In this document: piece after piece, positions 1 through 16,793 of the stretch
Position numbering within the stretch: the stretch's first letter is position 1
Layout: each line of letters opens with the position of its first letter
From: Chrysomallon squamiferum
Lineage: Eukaryota; Animalia; Mollusca
Assembly: GCA_012295275.1 (NCBI GenBank)
Contig: CM022673.1
Coordinates: forward strand, 9,734,001 to 9,798,000
DNA: 64,000 bases
Direction: 5' to 3'
The notes under the pieces: generated by a model
Told to the model about the DNA's origin: nothing
What the model saw: the letters and a program-made list of their open reading frames with translations, nothing else
Databases searched by the model: none
Translations under genes and position numbers: made by a program

Positions 1-3960
<3,960 letters not shown>

Positions 3961-5426
3961 AACCTGTTACATAGATTATTTTGAGAATGTTTTCATCAAG
4001 ATAAAATCTCTTGAAAACATTTAATAAACATTTTGTTACATATTTCTCTTCACCTTTCATAACTCAGATTTATATCTGAAAGAGTTGTATTTATATTCAA
4101 GTTTTGTATATCTGATTGCATCTATGTTGGCTTTTTCTCTCATTTTTATAGACACAGTCATATACACATACGCATACAGAGATACACATAAATATATATG
4201 CAAAAACTATTACATATGTAACATAAACATAACTCAATATAATCAATCAATTAAGAAAACAATAACAGTGTTATCAAATAAATTATTTTGTAAAACTAAT
4301 CCAGTTTATATTACCTCTTTAGATGGTAAACAAAAACAGTTTCTTCAGAAGTTGTCAAAATTTATTTTTCAGGAATTATTCAAACTCTTAAATTATTATT
4401 TTTGATTTTGTTTTCTTAATATAATTTTATATAATGACATAATAATTAAAATATCAGTTTACTTTTTAATGTTGACATTCTAAAAGTTTGGTAGTTAAGG
4501 GGTTAATATAACATTTATTATCCAGGAAAGTGTTTTGTAATTTACATCAGTAATATACTGAACCCATTAAGTAGACCTTGTGTTGTCTTGTACATCATTT
4601 TTATGTTGGACAATGCAAAAAATATTTCTCATACATTAATGTTAAATAGATTAAAACTACTATTGCAAAACATTTGCCATATATTTTTAAAAAGATTTTT
4701 TTTTTTTTTCTGAAACTACAGATATATCATTAATGTAAAATATACAATGCAAAATGCTTGTCTTATGTGGTGCTAATTTTAAATATATAATGCAAAATAT
4801 GTCGTACTCAAATTTTAAAGAGACAATTTCGAAAAAAAAAAAAAAAAAAAAACATTAATGCTAATAAAGACTATAGAATATTTGACGTGTGTATCATGAC
4901 TTTTTTGTCTGTTGCCACCGATTATTCTCTCTCGTACAATGACAGACTATTTTATTTATTTAAATGTATAAAAAATACTCAAAAAGGTCAACTCTAGTTT
5001 TATAACACGTGCACTGATATATGTTATCAACACTAACACTTAATAGTTTGTTTTTATAATAAATACTGCATATTAAAATAATAATAATAATAATAATTAA
5101 ACGATGTGTTGCGATACAAATCAGAAATTCACGCCTTCACGGTAATCCGAAAAGTAGGTAATCAAAAGACGATGACATAAAAACGAAAAAAGATTAAATA
5201 TTTGGAAGATGTATTTATTCAATGCTTACAACAGACTGTTTTGGAATCCATCGTCTCGGAAAAATTTATAGACATTTCAACGAGGGTTCATTGGGCTGGA
5301 TTTCCTTTTTCGATTTACAGTGTAACTCTTTAGCGGATGCGATGCGTTATAGGAAGGTAAGTTGTATTTATTTTGGTGGTGATTGCATTTATTTAAATTC
5401 GAACATGTTACAGTTTAAATAATAAT

Positions 5427-5468
<42 letters not shown>

Positions 5469-5677
5469 CTGAAAAAAGTAATAATAATAAAAAAGTAAAA
5501 GCAAAAAAAAAAAAAAAAAATAAAATAAATAAAAAAAAAATAAAATAAAATAAAAAATAAATAAAAATAATAAAATAATAAAAAATAAAATAAAATAAAA
5601 TAAAATAATAAAACAATTTTTGAATAAAACCTTGTATATCTTACTAGAGAAGGTTAAAGAAAACAAATAAATGAGCC

Positions 5678-5720
<43 letters not shown>

Positions 5721-6049
5721 ACGAAAATAAATAGACTGACGAATCACGTCAATGATGTTAAATTTTCTTTTATCTATTTTATTATAAACTTAAAAGAAAA
5801 ACAACCAAATCCTGAAAATAAACTTACTAAAAGCTTCTTAAAGCGTAACCAGTTGCCAAGTATCTTGAATAACGAAAAAACTAGTGCTTGATAACAAACT
5901 ACTAAATTCAATCGAGAATCCGAGAATTTTGGATGTAAATAATGTTTTTAACACACAAGAATATATATATATATATATTTTTTTTTTTGTGATGTACGTG
6001 ACAGACCATTGAAAGCGCGAGTAGACGGGTTATGGTAGTGATGAGATAC

Positions 6050-6245
6050 TGTTACAGCATGAGTCTGAAATGTCATATAGCAGAAGATCAACGCATCTCA
6101 GCACACCCCTTGTCCTAATTTCCGTTCCAACCAGTGCGTGATTATATGCTTCACTATCTATTTGGGAGGTTCTATAAAAGAGCTTTCGATTCTGAACGAC
6201 TGATTAAACATGTTTTGTGAAATATTAAATAAAATGTTAAATAAG
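6050..6245 (+). mobile_element. Degenerate SINE-like relic
   Basis: CCGTTCCAACCAGTGC...CTATCTATTTGGGAGG...TATAAAAGA resembles the core of relics at ~10650, ~28350 and ~45700. Boundaries approximate. Confidence 0.35.
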
Positions 6246-6906
6246 ATTCTGTGATCACTACTCAGTGTTAGCTCACACCATAAAAATAACTCAGTAAACA
6301 GATCTAATTCTTCAATAAATGGACACATACACAGGCTGTTTAGCTGTGTGCCCATATCAGACACGCCTGGATGTTCAGCACATATCTACTGATTAGCTTA
6401 ACTGTCTGACTGATCATTCATATATTACATGCAAACACATATATACATAAGCATCCATACAAAATATAACCACCCATTCATTCATCCATCCTTCGATAGA
6501 TATTCAAATGCAAATACAAAATACACAAATATACATATACATATATAAAGATACATGCAAAAGGTACACATATACATAAATATATATACAAACACAGACA
6601 GATCGATCGACAGATATATAGATACATACATACATACTTACATATATACATATATAAATAGATACATACGCACAGAGACATACACTTACAGATAACATAC
6701 GTCATAGGCATACATTAGAAGCGATGAAGGATCCCTTGCTGGTTATCTAATCAATTATATATATATAAAATAAGGAGTACTAAATTCTATCCTATTAATA
6801 TAGTATTATCTGTGTGATCCCTAATAAATATATGACGCCATATAACCTAATTATAAATATAACGAATACGTCACTTAGCTCAGGATTCAGAGAACTTTAC
6901 GCAGAA

Positions 6907-6947
<41 letters not shown>

Positions 6948-8101
6948 GTTAACGTCGAGCGACTCTGTGCAGTCCGCTGTATGATTCTGACTGTTTCTCG
7001 TTAATCCGTAACAATTTGGATTCGGTGCGGTTGTGTGCTGAAGCTTGCATGCGACTTCCATTTTGTCATGTTAGACATACAAAAAAGCAGGGGATTACGC
7101 CATTGTTTTAACAACACTGTGCTTTTCTTTTGTAATTTGTTTCTATAAAGACATATTTAGTCAGCGATGTTCAACAAAGAACTTGTTTGTAAAGAGGAGT
7201 GAGTCCATACTTTAAGAGAGAAAAAAAGAAGAAAGGGGGGTTTAGTTTTAATTTTAAGGCTATAATTTTGACGATTATAAATAAAGTTTAGTTTTATAAA
7301 TATATTTTAAAAATATATAAAATTATGTTATGAGCTAAACAAAGTTGTGGCTAAGGCCTCATAATTTGCAGAGACCTCAATCAAAAGAGAATAAAAAAAA
7401 ATTCATTCACTGTACAAACTTTCGCAAGAAAAACAACTTTATAAAAATTAGCTCTATATAGCTTTGCCTTTACAAAAATTAAATAATTATAATAATAATA
7501 ATAATCCACATAACAACAGTCAAAAGAAGAAGAAAAAGACGAAGAAAAAAGAAAAAGATAAAATAAATAACAAAAACTCACCACCATTACCACCACTACT
7601 ACTTTTAATAATAATAACAATAATAAAACAACAACACAACAACAACAACAGTAACAACAACAACAGCAGCAATAACAACAAAATAATAACAATAATTAAA
7701 AAAGAAGAGGGGTTGCCAAACATAACCCTATCCCTTGATCCGCTCCTTATTATTTTCTCCCTGCCTTCCTCTCGGATTGTGTCTCTGTGGGGTTTATGTT
7801 CGTAACATTTACGCTATTATATTCTTTTTATTTAAGTTATTTCGTTTGTTTACTCTGTTTACAGTAATTTCCAGATGAGGGATAGATGGCATTACACGAT
7901 AAAAATATTTACAAATTCTATTGGAGACTGGCAAAAATGATTTTAAAAAGGAAATTTCGAACTTAAAATTTTTACCAAAGCGTTACTAGAAATATATTTT
8001 GACTCTGCTGGATAAAACATTTAATTATTATTATTATTATTATTTTAAAAGAGAGAGAAAAAAAAAAAGAAAAAAACATCGGTAAGTTATTATTATTATT
8101 A

Positions 8102-8163
<62 letters not shown>

Positions 8164-8648
8164 TCGTTGTTATTGTAAAAGATTGTAATATGTTAATGAA
8201 TTAATGTTTATCACTAATATAATGTTAATATAATATAATGCAATGTTTAATACTAATAAATATGCTCTGCTTCTGTTGTTTCAAGATATGTAAAAATTAT
8301 TAGCATTCACTCTAGATTGTGAATTTTGAACAATTTAACAGTGGAATTTACAATTTACAATGACGTACAGCGAACCGGCCTATACTAAATTTTTGGCAAG
8401 ATAAATCGATGTAAGCCCTAACCTGACAAGCGTAACAAAATGGGTCAACAGGAAGACAGAATACCAGTCTAATTTTCAAAATGCGCAGACCAGAGAAAAT
8501 AGCATGTTATATAATCTTTTATTTCCTCGAACGTTTTCTTCCAATACATAAATAAATAAATACAAATTAATTACAAAGATCGATGCTATTGTTATTATAA
8601 TTTACTACTATCTACTACTACTGTTATTATAATTTACTACTACTACCA

Positions 8649-8681
<33 letters not shown>

Positions 8682-8705
8682 TTATTATTATTATTACTAC
8701 TACTA

Positions 8706-9199
8706 TAGCTGACCATCAGTAATCCGGCACAAATTATGGCTAAAGTGATTTCAAATTTCTTGGGTTACCACACGAACCCGTCGGTAAACTTTAAAGGCCA
8801 TTATCGATACATGAATACTGTTGGCGTCACTAGTAAACATAAGTAAACCATTCCAATTTCTCCATTTATTGTTATAACCTCACTTTTAACTCTAAACATG
8901 ATTTCAGTGAAAAAGTAAAAGTGCTTCTCATTGTGAGGAGTGCAAACATCGTACAATGGCCGTGAAAGTTAAGTTTGAACCTGTAAAAAAAAAAAAAAAA
9001 AATAAAAAAAAAAATAAAGAAATAAAGAAATAAAAATAACAATTCTCCATTGCGTTATTTAGTGGTATTTCACAGGTAGGATATGAAGGTGAGTTGTTGA
9101 ATTAAGTGTTTTCGAACCTAACGATTCAGTTATCTCGCAAAATCGCTAATCCGGCACACCACAGATTCCAATGATGCCGGATTAGTGATGGTCGATCTG
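8706..9199. mobile_element. Non-autonomous DNA transposon (MITE), pogo/Tigger-like
   Basis: Imperfect ~25-bp TIRs: left TAGCTGACCATCAGTAATCCGGCA, right (reverse complement) CAGATCGACCATCACTAATCCGGCA. Both flanked by TA (8704-05, 9200-01). Subterminal copy CTAATCCGGCAC at ~9146. Inserted into a (TAC)n tract. Confidence 0.75.
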
Positions 9200-9637
9200 T
9201 ACTACTGCTATCACTACTACTACTACTACTACTACTACTTCTTTCTGTTATAATTATTATTATTCTTAGTTATTACTTCACTTGGTCTTATTCTTGTTAT
9301 TATCACTGCTGTTGTTCTTATTAACATTGTTGCCGTCATTATTATCAGTTCATTATCATATTGACACATTTTCAATCCTTAGAAGTATTTTAAATAAGGA
9401 TAACTCGATTCGAAATGTTTATACTTAACTACGCATAATAATATTTTTATATCATAATTTTTATGAATGCAAAACTACGCATAGTAATGCATTTTTGTAG
9501 TTATTATTAGTTTTTTTTCTTTTGTTTGGGTTCTTTTTTTTATTATTATTATTTAAAAAAAGAAACAGTGAGAGAAAAAAAAAAATTAGTATTGTAAGTG
9601 ACCTTAGTAATTAAAATGTTACCAAAAGCGCGAGGTA

Positions 9638-9645
9638 TGACGTCA
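9638..9645. promoter_or_regulatory. Full CRE palindrome TGACGTCA in a CpG-containing segment ~1.3 kb upstream of the methyltransferase ATG
   Basis: Exact palindrome followed by an AT-rich TAATAAATATAT stretch. Function is inference only. Confidence 0.25.
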
Positions 9646-10948
9646 CTAATAAATATATCGCAAATTTGGAAGCAGGTTACGGTAAAACAGAGAGTTTTGT
9701 AAAACTAAAATTCGATTGTCAGATTGTTTAAGCTGTATTCGGTTTGTCAGATTTCATATATAATTATTTGTTTTAATATTTATATTTCGCAGTTTTTGTT
9801 TTATCTTTTTTTCTTTCGGAATGGTATTATTTTTCCTACTTCTGCGTGCACGAGCTATTAAGATAGCCATTTTTCTTTTTTCTTCTGCATTTAGGTCATC
9901 TAGCATTTCGACAGTATTGCCTTTTAGATAACGCCATTTTTTGAAAAAGGTTAAATTGTTAAATATTTTTATTCAAATGAAAAGACCAGAGGTTTTACAT
10001 TCACATAAAATTTGAAATGTGTATACATTGCTAACCTGTGAAAAAGATTATACACATTCTAATGAGCTGGTAATCACGAGTTTCTGCCATACATTACGTA
10101 ACACTGCCGTAACTGTGACCGTAACCATGGTTAAAAACCTTAGAAAATTTGTTACGAAAAATTAAGATAACTGAACAAAAACTAAATAAATAAATAAATA
10201 AATACTAGAAATAAAGTTAATTCCTGATAAGGACGCCCCTTTTTATTTAAAATATCCCAAATATTATTACTGGTATACTGATTTTTCCGTGACGTTGAAG
10301 AAAACGTAAAAACAGTACCTTTCTACATCTTGGCAGAAAAGGTTTTTATAAACATTTTGCTACCATTTGTGGTTAAATACTTGGAAATAAAATAAAATAA
10401 AATAAAAAGAAGAAGAAGAAGAGACAAAAGTAATACAATTTAACTTTTATAAGTTCATTATGTGTTATAAAATCATCAGCTTTTCAAACCATTGTCCATG
10501 TCGACAGCGTTAATTAATTCTACGCCTCTTTAGTTCTTTTTAACTCCAAAAATATCAATGCCTTTTTACCAACGAATATATCGGGTTAAGGCTCAACTGA
10601 ATATATCTTAGGTAATTAAACAACTGGTTTTTTTTTTTTTTTTTTTTTATAGGCTGGGTATGAAATTTCCTGTCTATGGGGCAGTGCGTATAAAATGTCT
10701 CTTACAGCTAATTTACCCAGTCATCTTTCTTTAATAAACAGTGTAAGTATTTATGTAAGGGTGTGTTTGTGGGTGTATGAGTGCGTCATCTGGAACATAA
10801 GCAGAAAAGAAAAGAGTTATTTTAACATGATTTTAGACTACCTCGCACCGTTTGCCTTACTAATTAATATATTTTTTTTCTTTACTGTTCTTTTAATCTT
10901 GTTATTAAAGCTGTATTTTCTAATTTTCAGAAGACAATATTGTTTAAA

Positions 10949-12101
10949 ATGATGGAATGGCGAAAATCCTTTTTCACCTTCTTGATCATTGTCACTGTAT
11001 TAATGTTAATAATACTTTGGAGAGAATTACCAAAGTGGCAGTCTCCAAGAATGAATGTAACTTCAATGGCATGCTTTGTTCCGGAGTCAGAAATGAAGAT
11101 GCAAAGAGACTTCCTCTCTAAAGAACTCAATTTGCTGAAGCAGGTGGTCGGAATATGGAGCTGTGAAAGTGGAATGGTAAGGGATGACAAACTGACTGAG
11201 CGAGACTGGACTGGGTTTAGACAGAGCGAACTATCAGTGATTGACCCGAGTAGCAGAACAGTTTGTTAACAGAGATAAATGTTTTTGAAGTGTGCCTTTT
11301 GTGATTCAAACAAATAGATTAAATATATTATGTTTACTCCAAGTTATTAATTTATTATTATTATATATTTTTTTTGTTGTTTTGATGAAATATAATAGCT
11401 TAAGAATTTTATTTTTCTTATCGCGACGTGGATCGATATTATAATAGTATCTTTATACACTGATTCAAAAATCTCACTTAAACAAGTTATTTGTCCTGTT
11501 TCAGGGAAACGTAGGAGTTTATGGCGGCTGGTGTAAAAATGTAAGCCATCCTGAAGGAGGTGAGCATGTTTTCGATTCTTCTTTGGCAGACGCTATGCTA
11601 ACCATTCTCAAAGGGAAAAAAGTAGCAAGTTTCGGGGAAGGTCCGGGCGATTACAAAAACTACATCGTCGAAAATATCGAGGTGGTAATTTTCGACGCTT
11701 ACGACGGCTCCCCCTACTGTGAAGAAGTGTCCAATGGAACAGTTAAGTTTCTTGACTTGACCTCGCCGCAGTTTGGACTTCCGGTTTACGACTGGATCAT
11801 CTGCTTAGAAGTGGCAGAACACATCCCTGTACAGTTTGAAAGTATTTTTCTCGATAACCTCTTTCGTCATGCGCAGGAAGGAATCATTCTAAGCTGGGCC
11901 ACACCAGAACAGCCCGGACTGGGCCACGTAAACGGAAGAACATTGTATGACGTGCAACTGATGATGCTGAAGAACGGGTTTAGTGAGGAACGTGATCAGG
12001 GACGTAAGTTAAGAGATGCGGCTTCACAAGTATGGTTGAGGAAAAACGTTTATGTTTACAAAAGAATTTCAAAGGATCCTCTGTGTATTAAAAACTCCTA
12101 G
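10949..12101 (+). CDS. Type II membrane class I SAM-dependent methyltransferase, 274 aa; join(10949..11176,11505..12101)
   Basis: N-terminal TM (FFTFLIIVTVLMLIILW) after basic RK. Phase-0 intron ATG|GTAAGG ... TTTCAG|GGA gives GNVGVYGGWC. Motif I KKVASFGEGPG, then YDGSPY, FLDLT, YDWIICLEVAEHIP and IILSWATPEQPGLGHVN. ATG exon preceded by an acceptor at 10930. Confidence 0.85.
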
Positions 12102-12122
12102 ATATGCGGCGTCAGATGAATG

Positions 12123-12156
<34 letters not shown>

Positions 12157-13082
12157 CGGAGTGATAATGATGAAATAATCACGGACATTCTTCAATTGTA
12201 GTACAGGTAGTTTGGACTGAACTTGCGCATGAGCTAGAAGGAAATTAAAAAAAAAAAAGAACAAAAAAAAAAATTACTACTAATAATAAAGTAACTGATA
12301 TATAATTATAGAAAAGCAAATCTTTTATGGCAATAAAATCGTTTTATGTCTGTTATCAACATTTTTTTTTTAATGTTTATTACTTTATTATTATTATATA
12401 TTTTTTGGTGATGATGAAGATAAATGAAGGTAACTATTGATGTCATTAAAAATAAAAGAAAAAAAACAGACGATCCAAAAACTGCACAATAAATGTTATA
12501 GTAAAAATATCTGTAAAATTGTGCTTGCTGAGAGAACAAGATAAGAAGATACTTTTTATTAATTAATTATATTCATTTATTTAAAATGATATTATTTAAA
12601 AGGAAATAATTGAGACAATATTTTGTTTCTATGGTTGTTTAGATTGCATCCATTTAGTGGTAAAATGGCATCAAAGGAAATTTTCATATCAGTCGATGAG
12701 CCACATCAATTTTAAAGTTTGAATACCAAATTGACGAACAGATCCAGTATAGCTTTTGTGTTAGTTCGATGTCTAAAGTGACCGAAATCAGCTGATGGTA
12801 GTTTCATGTTAGTAGGTTAAGCACTTTTATCGACAGCATTGTTTCAATGTAGATCTATCGCAAAAGGCCAATAACTCAACAAATTTACCGAGTTTGTTTA
12901 CTAATGCAGTACAATCAAGAAAGTCGAATGATAAAGGTGGAATTCATGACACACCTCCAGAAGTTTTCTATTATTTTAAATTAAAACATCTTCCATCTAA
13001 TTTTCCTGTGAGGCATCAAAGAAAATGGTAAAATTCTTCTGGAATTTCATAACTTGTAGACAGTTCACTTTAATATTACTAA

Positions 13083-13139
<57 letters not shown>

Positions 13140-13435
13140 GAGCATATAACAGAAACTTTCGATCTTTTTCTAACGAATACATAAATGTAGAAATTTCCTT
13201 TGTTTACAAAATCATAAACACAAAAATATTTATTTGATTGTCTGACAGTTTAGTTTGTTCGTTTATCTGTTTATTAATTTTATTCAAATTTTTAGCTGCA
13301 AATAATGCAGCTAAATTTTAATGCTCTAAAAAAATACGTACTGCTGTTTAACTGTCGAAAGAAACGTTATAACACAAATCATTTAAAAATCATTACGACC
13401 ACGTATGAAACATCTGTCGCACACATAAAACTAAG

Positions 13436-13751
13436 ATGGTGGCTGCTAGCTCCAAAAACATGCGTGCAGCCATCAATATTGTTTGTGGCATTTGTTTTGG
13501 TATTACAGTAACTGTACTGGTTATAGAGGTTGGCGATTTGTACTTTGTAAATGATACCATTACTTGGAGAGATGAAATCAAAAGATATATTGCTGAAAAG
13601 GACTGGACTGCAAGTAAGTATAGGTTTGTTTTCATCGATAGTAAAATAGACTGAAGCTTAAGCTGTGTGACTTTCTCAATCACCATGTTTACCTTTCAAC
13701 CTGCTTGATGTCTCTCGATATGAATGTGTGTATATGTTTATATGCGTGTGT

Positions 13752-13802
<51 letters not shown>

Positions 13803-13854
13803 AATGCTTTTGTGTCTATTTCAGATATCAAGCCACATTTTATTTTATTTTATT

Positions 13855-13909
<55 letters not shown>

Positions 13910-15447
13910 TTTCAGCATTTCAGCACTCACAGAATATAATAAATGACAGACCGACTGACCGTTGTATAATTTTTTCGAAATATGTTTCGTAGTCTCTGGC
14001 TAAACGAAAATAAATAAATAAATTAAATTAAATTAATTAAATAAATACTAGCATAACGCAAAACCTTATTATAAATTTGAACCATGTTTGAGTATATTAT
14101 CCGATTTAAATCTTTAATCATGATCTATAATCAGTTTTATTCCAACGCATCAGTTAATTAATGTTCTCAGTAGAAAAATAATAATTATATAATCAGAACT
14201 GTTTTATAGACCTGCACAGAAACCAAGGTTTTTTTTTTTTTTTTTTTCTTCAGGTTTATTTCTTGGTCTGCCTCTGTTTATTTATTTTACTTTCGTTTTC
14301 TTTCAGTCAATGACTCCGAAGCCAAACGTACTGGTAAATCAGTGAAACTAACATGCCTGGTCTTGACTCCACACGAGAATTTCAACGAGACATATTCAGT
14401 TTTTCAGAAAACGTGGGCAAAACGATGCGACAACGTCATCTACTTCAGCGATATTGTACCTTTGTTAGAAAACGTAGTCAAAGTCGATAATCCGAACAAC
14501 CGAGAGATCGAGTTCGACGCTGAAATAACGTTCAAAGCTCTAAACTACGTCTACAAAAAATATTACGACCAAACAGACTGGTTTCTCAAAGTTATTCATT
14601 ACACTTTTATCGTTGTGGAAAATTTAAAGCTGTTTCTCAGTGACAAAAATGCCAGCGAGCCAGTCTACTTCAGTCAGAAGTTTTCGGATAAAGGTAAGGA
14701 ATTTCCCAGTACGTATGCAGGGATTGTCATGAGTCGAGAAGCCGTTCGTAGAGTGGCTACTGCAGGATCGAAAATACCCAAATGTCAGACGAGTGTACAG
14801 GATGAGTCTATAGCTATTGCACGTTGTTTCGAAATGCTAGGAGTTCAGTTCGGTAGTTCAATAGACAGAAACAACAGAAGTCGATTTCACACTTCTTCTG
14901 TTGAAAATATAGCCGTTCTGGATTTTGTAGACTGGTACCTTGGCATGGATGTTAATGCAAACGTCACAAAGCTGGTGAGTTTCAGTTTCAGGTATTATTT
15001 TCTTTAACCTCTCCACCCAACCTTCAAACAGTGAACATTTATGACAAGGTAACACATACCACATTGTTAAAGTTAAGCGAATTAGCACTAGCTCCATTTT
15101 AAATTTCTCCCATTTGATTAAAGCCAGTGATAATTAAACTTATCACGACTTTATTTTAGAATAAGTACCATTTTTATTTTTGTTCGTTGTTAGTAAAGAA
15201 AAAGTATTAAAATTTAATTTTACCTTATCAAAACAATAAAAACAACTCAGATATTTCGCTTATTAATATAATGGCCTGTACTTTATTTATTATTATTTAT
15301 GTTTGAATTTTTTTTTTTCAGGGTATACAATCGATAAGCCCATCAGCTGTCAGTTTGGCTCCTTGTAGTGGGGACTATATGATGGCAGTTGAGTACTATA
15401 TCTATCATGCTCGAAGATTTGGCGTGGTTCCATTATGGGTTTCGTGA
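13436..15447 (+). CDS. C1GALT1: Core 1 beta-1,3-galactosyltransferase (T-synthase, GT31)-like protein with a degenerate active site, 323 aa; join(13436..13613,14307..14974,15322..15447)
   Basis: TM IVCGICFGITVTVLVI. Introns GTAAGT/TTTCAG (phase 1) and GTGAGT/TTTCAG (phase 0) keep frame. C1GALT1 landmarks: VKLTCLVLT, TWAKRCD, DWFLK...VVENL, EPVYF, AGIVMSREA, RCFEMLGV, RFH, EYYIYH..RFG. It is a paralogue; the symbol denotes family, not orthology. Confidence 0.88.
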
Positions 15448-15606
15448 ATTCCGGCAGGCTCGAAAATTCGGGATAGTTCAAGTATGGATTTCCTGAGCTC
15501 TCTGACACGCTCGAACATTCGGGGTAGTTAAGCTACAGGTTTCCTGAATTTTGGCACGCTCAGAGATTCTGGGGGTAGTTGCAGTATGGGTTCCTGAATT
15601 CTGGAG
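15434..15606 (+). repeat. ~50-bp degenerate tandem repeat (3.4 copies) overlapping the C1GALT1-like stop codon
   Basis: Units start at 15434, 15483, 15534 and 15585; consensus approx TATGGGTTTCCTGAATTyTGGCACGCTCGAAnATTCGGGGTAGTTnAAG. Confidence 0.85.
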
Positions 15607-16196
15607 AAAGTATAATTACTGATGATCTCAGAAATAACTATTAAAACCAAATGGAATGGACTCAGTTGTCAGGAATGAACATATATTTTAACTTCTTGCA
15701 GACTCAGAACTGAGATAACGCTAAATGAGCGAGCGAGTGATCGAATGGAAAAATAACTGCAACTGAAAAGAGTATTATGATAAAGGACAGTGTATTTTGA
15801 AACAGAAGAATGAGTATAGAAGTTTGTTTTAGATGTTTAGTGAATGTATTAAACGCAGAATCAGAGACTTGATGAACATTTTTATAATACTGTGGAGGTA
15901 AAAGATTAAAAACCGCTGAAGAGAAATTATTTCTACGAGATATTGATAAAATAATAATAATAATAAAAATAATAATAATAAATAAATATGTTTCAAATAA
16001 AATGTCATGCTAAAAAAAAAAAAAAAAAAAAAGAAGATGAAGAAAAACACGCAGTTTTATTTAGATAAATGATTTTGTGTGAAAAAATAAAAACAACAAT
16101 AAAAAAAAAAAAAAAAAAAATGGCGTTCCTGTATTGTCTGCGCTCCTTCCTTCCCAATCACAGCATCACGTCACATAAATTTCTAAAACTGTTTCC

Positions 16197-16230
<34 letters not shown>

Positions 16231-16339
16231 TTTATTAGTCTAAAAGTTTATGGGAGAATGACCCTTCTATCTTCAAATAGACAATTAATTAAGAAAGGTA
16301 ATTATATTTAATACTTTTGTGTTGTTTTTAATTATTTTA

Positions 16340-16421
<82 letters not shown>

Positions 16422-16503
16422 TTTTGTTTGTATGTATATTTAAATCACTGACAAAAAGCGTGCAGTTAGTGTTTTGAAAAACTCGTGATTACAGTGCAAA
16501 AGA

Positions 16504-16513
16504 GTCACGTGAC
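16504..16513. promoter_or_regulatory. GTCACGTGAC palindrome (extended E-box; CLEAR/MiT-TFE consensus) upstream of the DUF1647-like gene
   Basis: Exact 10-bp palindrome ~0.9 kb upstream of the 5'UTR exon at 17444. Function is inference. Confidence 0.3.
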
Positions 16514-16762
16514 ATTATACTTGATATTACAGTACTATTACAGTGATATTAAAGACAAGAAAACACTAAATAAAATATTTTATTCTTGTGAAGATAACAG
16601 AAATAAATGATTAGACTTGTTTTTTATTTATTCATTTTATCTGTGCATTGCTGTTAAAACAACTGGTTGCACTACACCTTGATTAAACACACACACACAC
16701 ATACGCATACGCACATACACAAAACAAAATTAAAATAAATAAATAAATAATAATAATAATAA

Positions 16763-16793
<31 letters not shown>

